Part shown: positions 38,119-49,989 of the stretch, one piece after another
Layout of the letters: each line of letters begins with the position of its first letter
Numbering within the stretch: position 1 is the first letter of the stretch
Assembly (NCBI GenBank): GCA_963667465.2
Contig: CAXXDN010000002.1
Location: forward strand, 672,001 to 736,000
Direction: 5' to 3'
Length of the DNA stretch: 64,000 bases
Origin: Dehalococcoidia bacterium
GTDB lineage: Bacteria; Chloroflexota; Dehalococcoidia; UBA2979
The notes under the pieces: generated by a model
The model's database searches: none
What the model saw: the letters and a program-made list of their open reading frames with translations, nothing else
Told to the model about the DNA's origin: nothing
Made by a program: the position numbers and the translations under genes

Positions 38119-39404
38119 GCGCCGCCGTCCGTTTCGCCTTCGCGTGCGCCGATGTCGGTGCGGTAGTGCGCGCCCTCGAAGCTGATGCCGCGCACGCGCT
38201 CGTAAGCGCGCTCGCGTGCCTCGCCGAGGCTCGAGCCGCTGGCGACGACGCAGAGCACCCGGCCACCGGCGGTCCGCAGCGCGCCGGCCGCGTCCCGCTG
38301 TGCGCCCGCGAGGAAGACCTGCACCCCGTAGTCCGAACCCCCGACGCCGCTGATCGGGACGCCGGTCTCGTAGCTGCCTGGATAGCCTCGGGAGGCCATC
38401 ACCACGCCGACGGTGGCCTCGTCCGACCACTCCACTCCGACGTCGGCGAGGCGGCCGTGCGCGACGGCCTCGCAGATCTGGAGCAGGTCCGAGCGCAGGC
38501 GGGGCAGCAGCGCCTCCGTCTCCGGGTCGCCGAAGCGACAGTTGAACTCGATCACCTTCGGGCCTTCCGCGGTCATCATCATGCCGGGGTAGAGCACGCC
38601 CCGGTACTCGCGGCCGGAGGCGGTGAGGGCGGCGACGGCGCGCTCGGTCACCTCGCACTCGATGCGCCTCGCAGCGTCCTCCGCGAGCCAGCCGGGCGGC
38701 GAGTACACGCCCATGCCGCCGGTGTTCGGGCCGCGGTCGCCGTCGAAGACCGGCTTGTGATCGCAGCTGAACGGCATATGCGCGACGGCCGTGCCGTCGG
38801 TGAAGGCGTGCGCCGAGACCTCCGGGCCGCGCAGCCGCTGCTCGATCAGCACCCGCGCGCCGGACTCGCCGAAGGCGCGCTCCAGCATCGCCTCCTCGAT
38901 CGCCGCGAGGGCCTCCTGCGGGGTGTCGCAGACGGTGACGCCCTTGCCGGCGGCGAGGCCGTCAGCCTTAACGACGTGCTCGCCGCCGAAACGACGCACG
39001 TAGTGCAGCGCGGCCTCGGGGTCGTCGAAGGTGGCGGCGTGGCCGGTCTCGATGCCGGCGTCGGCCATCAGTTCCTTCGCGAAGGACTTCGACCACTCGA
39101 GCTCCGCCCCCGCGCGCGACGGCCCGAAGGCCGGGACGCCCTCGGCGCGCAGCGCGTCGGTGACGCCTGCCGCAAGCGGCGCCTCCGGCCCGACGATCAC
39201 GAGGTCCGCGCGCAGCCTCTCCGCAGCCGTGACGATGGCGGCGCCGTCGTTCTCGTCGAGATCGGGAAGGTTCTCGCCGTACGTGGCCGTGCCGGCGTTG
39301 CCCGGCGCGCTCGTGAGGCTGCCGAGGCGCGGCGACTGTGCGAGCTTCCAGGCGATCGCGTGCTCGCGCCCGCCACCGCCGAGCAGAAGGACGTTCGTGC
39401 TCAT
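38115..39404 (-). CDS. purD: Phosphoribosylamine-glycine ligase
   Basis: GGGGREHA, VGPEAPL, KADGLAAGKGV, GPNTGGMG, EFNCRFGDPE, GGRVL. Confidence 0.97.
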   Translation of the reverse strand: MSTNVLLLGGGGREHAIAWKLAQSPRLGSLTSAPGNAGTATYGENLPDLDENDGAAIVTAAERLRADLVIVGPEAPLAAGVTDALRAEGVPAFGPSRAGAELEWSKSFAKELMADAGIETGHAATFDDPEAALHYVRRFGGEHVVKADGLAAGKGVTVCDTPQEALAAIEEAMLERAFGESGARVLIEQRLRGPEVSAHAFTDGTAVAHMPFSCDHKPVFDGDRGPNTGGMGVYSPPGWLAEDAARRIECEVTERAVAALTASGREYRGVLYPGMMMTAEGPKVIEFNCRFGDPETEALLPRLRSDLLQICEAVAHGRLADVGVEWSDEATVGVVMASRGYPGSYETGVPISGVGGSDYGVQVFLAGAQRDAAGALRTAGGRVLCVVASGSSLGEARERAYERVRGISFEGAHYRTDIGAREGETDGGA

Positions 39405-39426
39405 CGCGCCGCGAGCCTCACTCCGC

Positions 39427-41106
<1,680 letters not shown>

Positions 41107-41236
41107 CGCGCCCTTGGCTGGGTGGGGAGTTTGTCAGGACGTGATCCTATCGGCGCACCCGAGCCGGGTCAACGACACTGGCCGCGCGGGCCTATACTCG
41201 CGGCAAGAATTGGCTGACGAGCGAGAGGTGACGAGG

Positions 41237-42373
41237 ATGGCGAGCACGGCCCCCCGGACCGCGGAGCACATGACCGCGGCAGCGACGGACTTCCTCGAAG
41301 CCCTCGACCAGGACCAGCGTGCGCTCGCGATGCTGCCCTTCGACGACGAGGCGGAACGCCAGACCTGGCACTACACGCCGATCGAGCGCTGCGGCCTGAC
41401 GCTCAACGAGATGCGCCCGCAGCAGCGCCGCCTCGCGATGCGGCTGATGGGCTCCGGGCTGAGCATGGGCGGCTTCGTCACCGCCAGCACGATCATTGGC
41501 CTGGAGGCCACGCTCGAGGGCCTCGACGGCTGGCCCTCGCGAGCCTACGCGGAGACGCGGCCGGACGTGCCGTTCCGCGACCCGGGGATGTACTACGCCG
41601 CGGTCTTCGGCGAGCCCGGCGGCGAGGCGCCGTGGAGCTGGCGGATCGGCGGCCACCATGTCGCCCTGCAATACACGATCGCCGGCGGCAGGATCGTCAG
41701 CCCCACGCCGACCTTCTTCGGCGCACACCCCGCCGAGGCACGGCAGGTCGGCGCGCACTCGCTGCGCCCGCTCGCCGCCGAGGAGGATCTCGCCCGCGAG
41801 TTGCTGCACGCCCTCGACGAGGAGCAGCGCGCCACGGCGGTGATCTCGCCCGCCGCACCCACCGACATCATGCAGTCGAACCGCCCTCGGGTGCTCGACG
41901 GCGCGTACAACATCCCGCTCGCCGAGCTGATGGACCGCAAGGAGCCGGCACGCACCGAGGCCTATGAGCGCGAGGCGCGGCAACGCGCCGCACTCGGCCT
42001 CACCGACGAGTTGATCGAGGTGCTGCGCTACTCCTCGACGGACCCGCGCGGCCTCGCGGCCTCGGCGCTGGGCGCGCCGCAGCGCGAGCTGCTGACGGCG
42101 CTCGTGCGCCAGTACGTCGACCGCATGCCTGAAGAGATCGCGGAGCTCGAGTGGGCGAAGCTCACCGGCGGTACCTTCGACGCGATCCACTTCGCCTGGG
42201 CCGGGCCGCCGGACCGCGGCCAGCCGCACTACTACCGGCTGCAGGGGCCGCGCTTCCTGATCGAGTTCGACAACGTGCAGAGCGACGTGAACCACATCCA
42301 CTCGGTCTGGCGTGACCCGGAGGGCGACTTCGGCGCGGACATCCTCGCGCAGCACTACGCGCACGCGCACTAG
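41237..42373 (+). CDS. DUF3500 family protein
   Basis: WHYTP, FGEP..PWSWRIGGHH, PTFFGA.P, HYYRLQGP.FLIEFDN, NHIHSVWRD. Confidence 0.85.
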   Translation: MASTAPRTAEHMTAAATDFLEALDQDQRALAMLPFDDEAERQTWHYTPIERCGLTLNEMRPQQRRLAMRLMGSGLSMGGFVTASTIIGLEATLEGLDGWPSRAYAETRPDVPFRDPGMYYAAVFGEPGGEAPWSWRIGGHHVALQYTIAGGRIVSPTPTFFGAHPAEARQVGAHSLRPLAAEEDLARELLHALDEEQRATAVISPAAPTDIMQSNRPRVLDGAYNIPLAELMDRKEPARTEAYEREARQRAALGLTDELIEVLRYSSTDPRGLAASALGAPQRELLTALVRQYVDRMPEEIAELEWAKLTGGTFDAIHFAWAGPPDRGQPHYYRLQGPRFLIEFDNVQSDVNHIHSVWRDPEGDFGADILAQHYAHAH

Positions 42374-42381
42374 CCGCGTCC

Positions 42382-42996
42382 GTGACCCCTCCGGATGACT
42401 CTGCCCGCGTCGAGGAGATCGCCGCCGCGATCCTTGCGGGCGAGGTTGTCGCGATCCCGACGGACACCGTCTACGGCCTCGCCGCGCTGCCCGACGACGA
42501 GGCGGCGCTGCGCGCGCTGGCGGAGCTGAAGGGGCGGCCGGAGGGCCAACCCTTCGCCGTGCTGTTCGACAACATCGAGGCGATCCGCGCCTCGGTCGAA
42601 AATCCGGACGCCCTCGACGCGCTCGGCCCGTTCTGGCCGGGGCCGCTCACGGCAGTCGTGCGCGTGGCGCGATCGTCGCCCCACGCCTTCGTCGAGCCCG
42701 CCGTCACGCCGGAAGGCACGATCGGCCTGCGCATGCCGGACGACGCGATCGCCCTCGCTGTGATCCGCGCCTGCGGCGGCGCGCTCGCCGTGACGAGCGC
42801 GAACCTGAGTGGCGAGCCGCCCGCGGAGAGCGCCGCCGAGGCCGCCGCGATGTTCGGCGACGCGCTCCCGATCCTCGACGGCGGCCCGCGCCGCCGCCCA
42901 CCGTCGACGGTCATCGACCTCACTGCCCGCCCGCCCACCGTGTTGCGCGAAGGCCCGATCGACCCTGCGGCGCTGCTCGCGGCGCTGGAGGCGTAG
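42382..42996 (+). CDS. tsaC: Threonylcarbamoyl-AMP synthase (Sua5/TsaC)
   Basis: PTDTVYGL, KGRP, WPGPLT, LRMPD, TSANLSG, STVID, LREG. Confidence 0.93.
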   Translation: MTPPDDSARVEEIAAAILAGEVVAIPTDTVYGLAALPDDEAALRALAELKGRPEGQPFAVLFDNIEAIRASVENPDALDALGPFWPGPLTAVVRVARSSPHAFVEPAVTPEGTIGLRMPDDAIALAVIRACGGALAVTSANLSGEPPAESAAEAAAMFGDALPILDGGPRRRPPSTVIDLTARPPTVLREGPIDPAALLAALEA

Positions 42997-43000
42997 GCGC

Positions 43001-44701
43001 GTGAGCCTGCCCTCGATCGGGGATCTGCCCGCGGCGCAGCGGCGGATCATCCGTGCCTGGTGCATGTACGACTGGGCGAACTCGGCGTTCGCCACCAGCG
43101 TCGCCGCGATCCTCCCCGTCTACTTCGTGCACCTCTTCAAGGACTCGCTGGGCGAGAGCGAGGTGTTCCTCGGGATCACCTTCACGGGCAGCTCGATGTG
43201 GAGCCTCGGCGTGGCGATCTCGACGGCGATCGTCGCCTTCTCCAGCCCGCTAATCGGCGTGATCGCGGACCGCGCGCCGATCCGCAAAGGGCTGCTCTGG
43301 GCCTACACGAGCATCGGCTCGGTTTGCACGCTGTTGGCCTTCTTCTCGGCCTTCGCGCCCGAGCCCTGGTTGTGGCTGTTCGTGGTGTACACGATCGCCA
43401 ATATCGGGTTCGCCGGCGGGCTGGTCTTCTACAACTCGTTTCTGCCCCACCTCAGCCCGAGGCATCTGCTGGACGACGTCAGCAGCCGCGGCTACGCCTT
43501 CGGCTACGCGGGCGGCGGGCTGATCCTCGTCGCGCACCTCGCGCTGATCCTCGCGGCCCGCGGCACGGACTTCGAGGATCTCGCCACCCGCATCGCCATC
43601 GCCTCCGTCGGCGTGTGGTGGTTTGGCTGGGCGATCTGGACACTGCGGGTCGTGCCGGAGCCGCCGGTCAGGCGACTTGCCGGGGGTCTCAGCGGCGCGG
43701 CGGCGGTCTCGACGGCGCTCCGGGAGCTCGGCCAGACGTTCCGTGAGCTCAGGCGTTTCCGGGTCGTGCTCGTATTCCTGGCGGCGTTCCTGCTGTTCAA
43801 CGACGGCGTGCAAACGGTGCTCGCGATCGCCGGGGCGTTCGCCGCCGATACGCTGGGCATCACGCTCGCGTTCAACATGGCGACGATCGCGATCATCCAG
43901 TTCGTCGCCGTGCCCGGCGCGCTCGCCTTCGGCCGGCTCGCCGAACGCATCGCGACGAAGCGGGCGCTGATCGTCGCGCTGCTCGGCTGGATTGTGATCG
44001 TGCTCTTCGGCGTCGCGCTCGCCCCGCTCACGCCGACCGCGCACGCAGACCACGACTTCCAGCTCGGCTACCGGCAGGCGTCGGGCGACTACATCGTCGA
44101 GGCAGCCCCGGACCTCGACGACCCGTTCGAGCTGCGCTGGCAGGGCGAGTACTGGACGATCGAGGAGGGCGTCGTGCTCGGCGCGGGCGCGCTCGCCAAC
44201 CTGCCGGAGGCGATCCGGGAGTCCGAGGACGTGGAGTACAGCCTCGCGATCCGTGGAGGGGGGATGGACGGCGCATCCGCCCTCGGCCCGGCCCACCCCT
44301 CGCTGCTGGGGGAGGGTCCGCTCGACTGGTGGCCCTCGTTGGTTCGGGGGCTGCTCTGGGAGCCGCTCGGTATCGCCATCGGCTACCAGTGGCTGCTAGT
44401 CGGCGTCTCGGTGGGGCTGGTCATCGGCGGCAGTCAGGCGCTGGCGAGGAGCCTCTACGCGCAGATCACGCCGGAGCGGCGGAGCGGCGAATTCTTCGCC
44501 TTCTTCGGCTTCATGAGCCGCGCCTCGTCCGTGTTCGGCCCGACGATCTACATCGTCGCGACCGCCGTGTTCGACACCCGCGTCGCGGTCACCTCGATCC
44601 TGCTGATCATCATCGCCGGCACCATCGTGCTGCGCTGGGTTGACGTAACCGAGGGCGTCCGCGTCGCCGCCGAGGAGGATGCGCGGATGGCGGGCGCGTG
44701 A
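43001..44701 (+). CDS. MFS transporter, UMF1/Atg22-like family, with large loop insertion
   Basis: WCMYDWANSAF, FYNSFLP, SSRGYAFGYAGG, NDGVQT, GGSQALARSLY, GEFFAF. Confidence 0.88.
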   Translation: MSLPSIGDLPAAQRRIIRAWCMYDWANSAFATSVAAILPVYFVHLFKDSLGESEVFLGITFTGSSMWSLGVAISTAIVAFSSPLIGVIADRAPIRKGLLWAYTSIGSVCTLLAFFSAFAPEPWLWLFVVYTIANIGFAGGLVFYNSFLPHLSPRHLLDDVSSRGYAFGYAGGGLILVAHLALILAARGTDFEDLATRIAIASVGVWWFGWAIWTLRVVPEPPVRRLAGGLSGAAAVSTALRELGQTFRELRRFRVVLVFLAAFLLFNDGVQTVLAIAGAFAADTLGITLAFNMATIAIIQFVAVPGALAFGRLAERIATKRALIVALLGWIVIVLFGVALAPLTPTAHADHDFQLGYRQASGDYIVEAAPDLDDPFELRWQGEYWTIEEGVVLGAGALANLPEAIRESEDVEYSLAIRGGGMDGASALGPAHPSLLGEGPLDWWPSLVRGLLWEPLGIAIGYQWLLVGVSVGLVIGGSQALARSLYAQITPERRSGEFFAFFGFMSRASSVFGPTIYIVATAVFDTRVAVTSILLIIIAGTIVLRWVDVTEGVRVAAEEDARMAGA

Positions 44702-44705
44702 CCGG

Positions 44706-47150
44706 GTGACCGTGCGGCCAGGCCGGCTGCGGTACGCTCTCCGCACTGTGATTGGTCTCGAGGATCTGCGCCTGCTTCCGCGGCTGGCGGCCGGGGCTGC
44801 GCGCGCCCTCGCGGTCGCGAGTGGCGGGCGTGCGCATCCGCGCCTCGACGGCCGCGCCGAGGCGCGCGGGCTGCGCGCGCCTGCGACGATCGTGCGCGAC
44901 CGCTTCGGCGTTCCGCACGTCTACGCGAGCAGCGAGGCGGGAGCGATCTACGGGCAGGGCTTCGTGCACGCCCAGGACCGCCTCTTCCAGATCGACATCC
45001 AGCGACGGCTCGCCTCGGGACGGCTCGCGGAGGCCGCCGGAGAGCGTGGTGTGGAGACGGACCGCCTGATGCGCCGGCTCGGCTTCGCCGATCGCGCCGC
45101 GCGCGACCTCACGACGATCACGGCCGAGGACCGCGACCTGCTCCGGGCCTACGCGGCGGGAGTCAATGCGGGCATGCGCAGCCTGCGGGCGCTGCCTCCG
45201 GAGTACGCGGTGCTGCAGAGCCGGCCGGAACCGTGGCATCCAGAGCACTCGCTGCTGCTCGGGCGCTTCCTGATGTTCAGCTTCGCCCCGAACTGGGACA
45301 CCGAACTGCAACGCCTGGAACTGCTCGCGGCGATCGGACCGGCTCGCGCCGCCCTCGTCGACGTCGGCTACCCCGAGGGCGCGCCGACCGCGACTGGCGA
45401 ACCCTGCCTCGGCGCGGCCCGGCGGCTGATCGAGGCGTACGGGCGGGCGATCGAGGCCGGCGCCCCGGCGGGCGGCGCTTCGAACGCCTGGGCGCTGACC
45501 GGCGAGCACACGGCCACGGGCGCCCCGCTGCTGGCCTGCGACCCGCACCTGCGCCCGGCCATTCCCACGCTCTTCCACGTCGCGCACGTCTCGGGCGGCG
45601 ACCTCGATGTGATCGGCGCAGGCGTGCCCGGGCTGCCGGGCGTCATCGCGGGCCACAACCGCGACATCGCCTGGGGCCTCACCGCCGGCATGGCCGACGT
45701 CAGCGACTGCTACCTGACGACCATCGATCCAAGCGACCCCGGCCGCTATCGCACGCCCGAGGGCTGGGCGCGCGGCCGGGTGCGCATCGAGCGCATCGCC
45801 GTGCGCGAGGGCGAGACCGTCGAGGAGCGCGTGCTTGAGACTCGCCACGGTCCCGTAATCGGCCCGGCGCCCGGCGGTGAGCGCGCCATCGCGCTGCGTT
45901 CGACGGCCCTCGACAGCGGCGAGACGGTGGGACCGCTGCTCGGCCTGGCGCTCGCCCGGAACATCGAGGAGTTCGATGCGGCGCTGGCGCTCTGGCCCGG
46001 CGCGACCTTCAACTTCATCTTCGCCTCGCGTGAGGGCGGGGGCGAAGGGCGGGTCGGGTACCGGCTGGCCGGCGCGATCCCGGCGCGCGAGCGCGGCGAG
46101 GGGTTACTCCCGGCGGATGGAGATACCGCGGACGATCCGCCTCCGCCGATCCCCGGCGACGAGCTGCCGGGCCTGCTCGACCCGCCGGACGGCGTTGTCG
46201 TCTCGGCGAACCAGCACCCGGGTGGCGAGCTGGAACTGGGCGAGGAGTTCACGGAGGCCTGGCGCGCACTGCGCATCGCGGACCTGCTCTCGGTGGACGG
46301 GGCGCACACGGTGGCCTCGCTGCAGGCGATCCAGAACGACCTGCACAGCGAGCCGCTGTGCCGCCTCCGCGACCTCTCGCTCGCTCGGGAGGTGATCGCG
46401 GACGCGCATGCCGCGCGCGTCGCGACAGCGTGGGACGGGCAGGTGGGTGCGGAGAGCGCCGGCGCGGCGCTCCTGGAGACGGCGTACCGGCAGATCCTGC
46501 GGCGGCTCGTGCGGCGCGTGGCCGGTCCGAGCGCCTCGCTCGCGCTCGGTGAGCGCATGGAGGACGCGGCCGGGGTCTTCACCCCGGAGAGCCGCTTCCA
46601 CTACCGGCTGCAGGGCCCGCTGATCGAGGCCTGCGAGCAGGCCGCCTCGCCCTGGTTCGACGACGAGGCCGATCGCGACCGCGTGCTGCGGGCGGCCTGG
46701 TGGAGCGCCATCGGGGAGCTGCGGGAGCAGCTTGGACCCGATCCCGGCGAGTGGAGCTGGGGTGCGCTGCACCGCCAACTGCTGGCTCACACGCTGGAGT
46801 CAATCCCCGTCGTGGGCCGCACCTTCTCGCGCGGTCCGTACCCGGCCGGCGGCGACGTGAACACCGTCTGGCAGGGCGCATACGCAGCCAGACAGGACGG
46901 TCCGTCGCTCACGGGCTTCAGCCCCGGCTACCGCCAGGTGCTCGACCTCGGGCGCTGGGACCGCTCCACCTTCCTGCTGCCGACCGGCGGCTCGGGCATC
47001 CCCGGCCACCCTCGCTACGACGACTCGATCGAGGAGTTCCGCGCGGGGCGCCAGCGGCCCCTGCTGTACTCTCGCGAGGCCGTCGAGGCCCAGGCGGAGC
47101 ACCGCCTGCTGCTCCAGCCGACGGGGACGGCGGAAGAGGCGGAGCGATGA
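44706..47150 (+). CDS. Penicillin acylase family Ntn-hydrolase
   Basis: RDRFGVPHVYA, GFVHAQDRLFQ, nucleophile site ASNAW, DPHL, TRHGP, SANQ, G.SG.P.HPRYDD; start uncertain. Confidence 0.9.
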   Translation: MTVRPGRLRYALRTVIGLEDLRLLPRLAAGAARALAVASGGRAHPRLDGRAEARGLRAPATIVRDRFGVPHVYASSEAGAIYGQGFVHAQDRLFQIDIQRRLASGRLAEAAGERGVETDRLMRRLGFADRAARDLTTITAEDRDLLRAYAAGVNAGMRSLRALPPEYAVLQSRPEPWHPEHSLLLGRFLMFSFAPNWDTELQRLELLAAIGPARAALVDVGYPEGAPTATGEPCLGAARRLIEAYGRAIEAGAPAGGASNAWALTGEHTATGAPLLACDPHLRPAIPTLFHVAHVSGGDLDVIGAGVPGLPGVIAGHNRDIAWGLTAGMADVSDCYLTTIDPSDPGRYRTPEGWARGRVRIERIAVREGETVEERVLETRHGPVIGPAPGGERAIALRSTALDSGETVGPLLGLALARNIEEFDAALALWPGATFNFIFASREGGGEGRVGYRLAGAIPARERGEGLLPADGDTADDPPPPIPGDELPGLLDPPDGVVVSANQHPGGELELGEEFTEAWRALRIADLLSVDGAHTVASLQAIQNDLHSEPLCRLRDLSLAREVIADAHAARVATAWDGQVGAESAGAALLETAYRQILRRLVRRVAGPSASLALGERMEDAAGVFTPESRFHYRLQGPLIEACEQAASPWFDDEADRDRVLRAAWWSAIGELREQLGPDPGEWSWGALHRQLLAHTLESIPVVGRTFSRGPYPAGGDVNTVWQGAYAARQDGPSLTGFSPGYRQVLDLGRWDRSTFLLPTGGSGIPGHPRYDDSIEEFRAGRQRPLLYSREAVEAQAEHRLLLQPTGTAEEAER

Positions 47151-48163
47151 CGGCGATCGACGACCGGCTGGCGATCTATCGCCCGCACATCGTCCGGGAG
47201 ATGCGCGAGATCGTCGGTGAGGACCGATCGAGTCTCTACTCGTGGATGCGCTACCACCTCGGCTGGGAGGACCCGGAAGGCAGACCCGCCGAGACCTCGC
47301 CGGGCAAGCTGCTGCGCCCGGCCTCGCTCCTGCTCGCCGCGGAGGCGCTGGGCGGCGAGCTCAACCAGGCCCTCCCGGCGGCGGCCGCCGTGCAACTCGT
47401 CCACGACTTCTCGCTGCTGCACGACGACATCGAGGACGAGAGCCAGACCCGGCGTGGGCGCGCGACGCTCTGGACGATCACCGGCATCGCGCAGGCGATC
47501 AATGCCGGCGATGGCATGTACACGCTCTCCCGGCTCGCGTTGCTGGGCCTCCGCGATCGCGGGCTCGACGCGCAGCGCACCCTGGAGGTGGTCAGCGAAC
47601 TCGAGCAGGCCTGCCTGCGGCTGATCGAAGGTCAGCAGCTCGACATCTCCTTCGAGGATCGCAGCGCAGTCACTCGCGACGAGTACCTCGCGATGATCGA
47701 GGGCAAGACGGCGGCCCTGCTCGCGGCCTGCTTCGCGATCGGAGCGCGGGTCGCCGGCGCGCCGGAGGAGTCCGTGGACGCGATGCGCGAGTTCGGTCGC
47801 CGCTGCGGGCTCGCCTTCCAGGCGGCCGACGACCTGCTCGGGATCTGGGGCGACCCGGCCGTCACGGGCAAGCCCGTGGGCGACGACCTGATCTCGCGCA
47901 AGCAGACCTACCCCGTCATCGCCGCCATCGAGAGCGGCGAGGCGCCGGCGCTCGAGGCGGCCTACCGGGACCGCTCCGGGGGCACGATCGACAGCTCCGT
48001 ACTCGCCGCGGAGATCGAGGCGACAGGCGCCCGCGCCGCCACCGAAGATCTCGCCGCCGAACAGGTCGCGGCGGCGCTGGCCGCCCTCGCCCCGCTCTCG
48101 CTTGGGGACGATCGCGCGCTGTTCGCGGAGCTCGCGGAGCTGCTCGCCGCACGGGACGCGTAG
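47147..48163 (+). CDS. Polyprenyl diphosphate synthase (GGPPS-like)
   Basis: GKLLRP, FSLLHDDIED, RRG, AINAGD, GQQLD, KT, FQAADD, GKPVGDDL. Confidence 0.93.
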   Translation: MTAIDDRLAIYRPHIVREMREIVGEDRSSLYSWMRYHLGWEDPEGRPAETSPGKLLRPASLLLAAEALGGELNQALPAAAAVQLVHDFSLLHDDIEDESQTRRGRATLWTITGIAQAINAGDGMYTLSRLALLGLRDRGLDAQRTLEVVSELEQACLRLIEGQQLDISFEDRSAVTRDEYLAMIEGKTAALLAACFAIGARVAGAPEESVDAMREFGRRCGLAFQAADDLLGIWGDPAVTGKPVGDDLISRKQTYPVIAAIESGEAPALEAAYRDRSGGTIDSSVLAAEIEATGARAATEDLAAEQVAAALAALAPLSLGDDRALFAELAELLAARDA

Positions 48164-48208
48164 CGGGAGCGATTGCCCGCCCCGGACGCCGCACCTATCA
48201 TCCCGGCC

Positions 48209-49408
48209 GTGAGCCCGGCACACACGAAGCGCACGATCCGCGACATCGACCTCCAGGGGCGCCGGGTCTTCCTCCGCGTCGACTACAACGTCCAACTCGA
48301 CGAACACGGTTTCGTCTTCGACGACCTGCGCCTGCGTGAGTCTCTGCCCACGATCCGCTACCTGCGGGAAGGTGGCGCCCGTGTCGTGATCTGCTCGCAC
48401 CGCGGGCGACCGCGCGGGGAGGTCGTCGAGACGCTGCGCAATGCGCCAGTCGCCAGGCACCTCAGCAGCCTGCTCGGCGCCCCTGTCCGCTCGGCGGAGC
48501 GCTGCATCGGTCCCGAGGTCCACGCCGCCGTCGATGCGCTCGCGCCGGGTGACGTGTTGCTGTTGGAGAACGTGCGCTTCCACGCCGGCGAGGAGGACAA
48601 CGACCCGGAGTTTTCCCGCCAACTCGCCTCGTTTGCCGACATCTATGTCGGCGACGCGTTCGGCACCGCGCACCGCGCGCACGCCTCGATCGTCGGCGTG
48701 CCGGAGCACCTGCCGGCCGTTGCCGGCCTGCTGATGGACCGTGAGATCGAGTACCTGCGAAGGCTCTCGAACAACCCGGCGCACCCCTTCGCGCTGGTCC
48801 TCGGGGGCGCGAAGGTCGCGGACAAGATCGGCATCCTCAACCATCTCTGTGGCGAATCGAACGTGATCTGCGTCGGCGGCGGGGTCGCGAACACCTTCCT
48901 CAGCACGCAGGGGATGGACATCGCCGACTCGCTGTGGGACGCCGAGGGTGTCCCGGACGCGCTGCGCGTTTTTGAGCAGGTGGAGGCCAGGCCCGACCTG
49001 CGGCTCTACCTGCCGGTGGACGCGGTCGTCGGTTTCGGCGCAGCCGACCGCGATCACGTGCGCCGGGCGCCGGTCGATCACGTGCCCTCGGGCTGGCGCA
49101 TCCTCGACATCGGCCCCGCGACGATCGAGCTGTTCCGCAGCGCGCTGGCGCCGATGCGTACGGTCGTGTGGAACGGACCGCTCGGCTGGTTCGAGCGCGA
49201 GCCGTTCGATCACGGCTCGCTGGCGATGGCGGAGATGCTGGCAGACCTCGACGGCACTGTGGTGGTCGGCGGAGGCGAGACCGCCGCCGTCGTGCAGCGG
49301 GCGGGTGTGGCCGACCGCATCGACCACGTCTCGACAGGCGGGGCGGCATCGCTGGCGATGCTGCAGGGCAAGCCGCTGCCGGGCGAGGCGGCGCTCGACG
49401 ACGCCTGA
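48209..49408 (+). CDS. pgk: Phosphoglycerate kinase
   Basis: RVDYNV, SHRGRP, LLENVRF, DAFGTAHRAHAS, GGAKV.DK, WNGP, HVSTGG; GTG start 7 nt after TATCAT. Confidence 0.95.
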   Translation: MSPAHTKRTIRDIDLQGRRVFLRVDYNVQLDEHGFVFDDLRLRESLPTIRYLREGGARVVICSHRGRPRGEVVETLRNAPVARHLSSLLGAPVRSAERCIGPEVHAAVDALAPGDVLLLENVRFHAGEEDNDPEFSRQLASFADIYVGDAFGTAHRAHASIVGVPEHLPAVAGLLMDREIEYLRRLSNNPAHPFALVLGGAKVADKIGILNHLCGESNVICVGGGVANTFLSTQGMDIADSLWDAEGVPDALRVFEQVEARPDLRLYLPVDAVVGFGAADRDHVRRAPVDHVPSGWRILDIGPATIELFRSALAPMRTVVWNGPLGWFEREPFDHGSLAMAEMLADLDGTVVVGGGETAAVVQRAGVADRIDHVSTGGAASLAMLQGKPLPGEAALDDA

Positions 49409-49429
49409 GTTCGTCCCGCGTGCTGCGGC

Positions 49430-49897
49430 CTATTCTGCGGGTGACAGCGCGACGAGCGGGATCCGTCGGGATGTCTTCTGCTGATACGTCTCATATGACG
49501 AGTACAGCTCGATCAGACGCTCCCAGGCCGCTTCCCGTTCGTCCCCTTCGAGCTCGGACGCCACCATCACCTCGGCGCCCCGCTTCGCCGACCAGATCCG
49601 GCAGTTCGGGTCGGCCAGCAGGTTCTTCCACCACTGCGGATGCTCCGAGTGCCCCCCGTACGACGCCACGACGATCATCCGAGGTCCATCGTCGAGGTAG
49701 AGCAGCAGCACCGGCCGCTCGCGGCCCGACGTGCGCCCCATCGTCCAGAGCCGCAGCGTCGGCGGCCCCTGCCAGCGCCCACGCATCAGCGTGAACAGCG
49801 GCTGCTGGATGCGGGTCAGTACCTTGATCAGTCGTGGTCCCACAGCTGCATCGTACACACGCTGGCGACCACCAAATCTTGCGGCATTCAGGTCCAT
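49430..49897 (-). CDS. Deazaflavin (F420)-dependent nitroreductase family (Ddn-like)
   Basis: T.GRTSG.ER, VVASYGG...HPQWWKNLLADP, Y..YQ.KT.R.IPLV.L. Confidence 0.88.
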   Translation of the reverse strand: MDLNAARFGGRQRVYDAAVGPRLIKVLTRIQQPLFTLMRGRWQGPPTLRLWTMGRTSGRERPVLLLYLDDGPRMIVVASYGGHSEHPQWWKNLLADPNCRIWSAKRGAEVMVASELEGDEREAAWERLIELYSSYETYQQKTSRRIPLVALSPAE

Positions 49898-49989
49898 CAG
49901 GTCATACTGGTCATAGAGGACAGAACGCGCCTCGCGTCACCGGGCTTGCGCGTCGGCCTGGGTAGGCCCCCCAGGCGGTGAGGGGCAAC

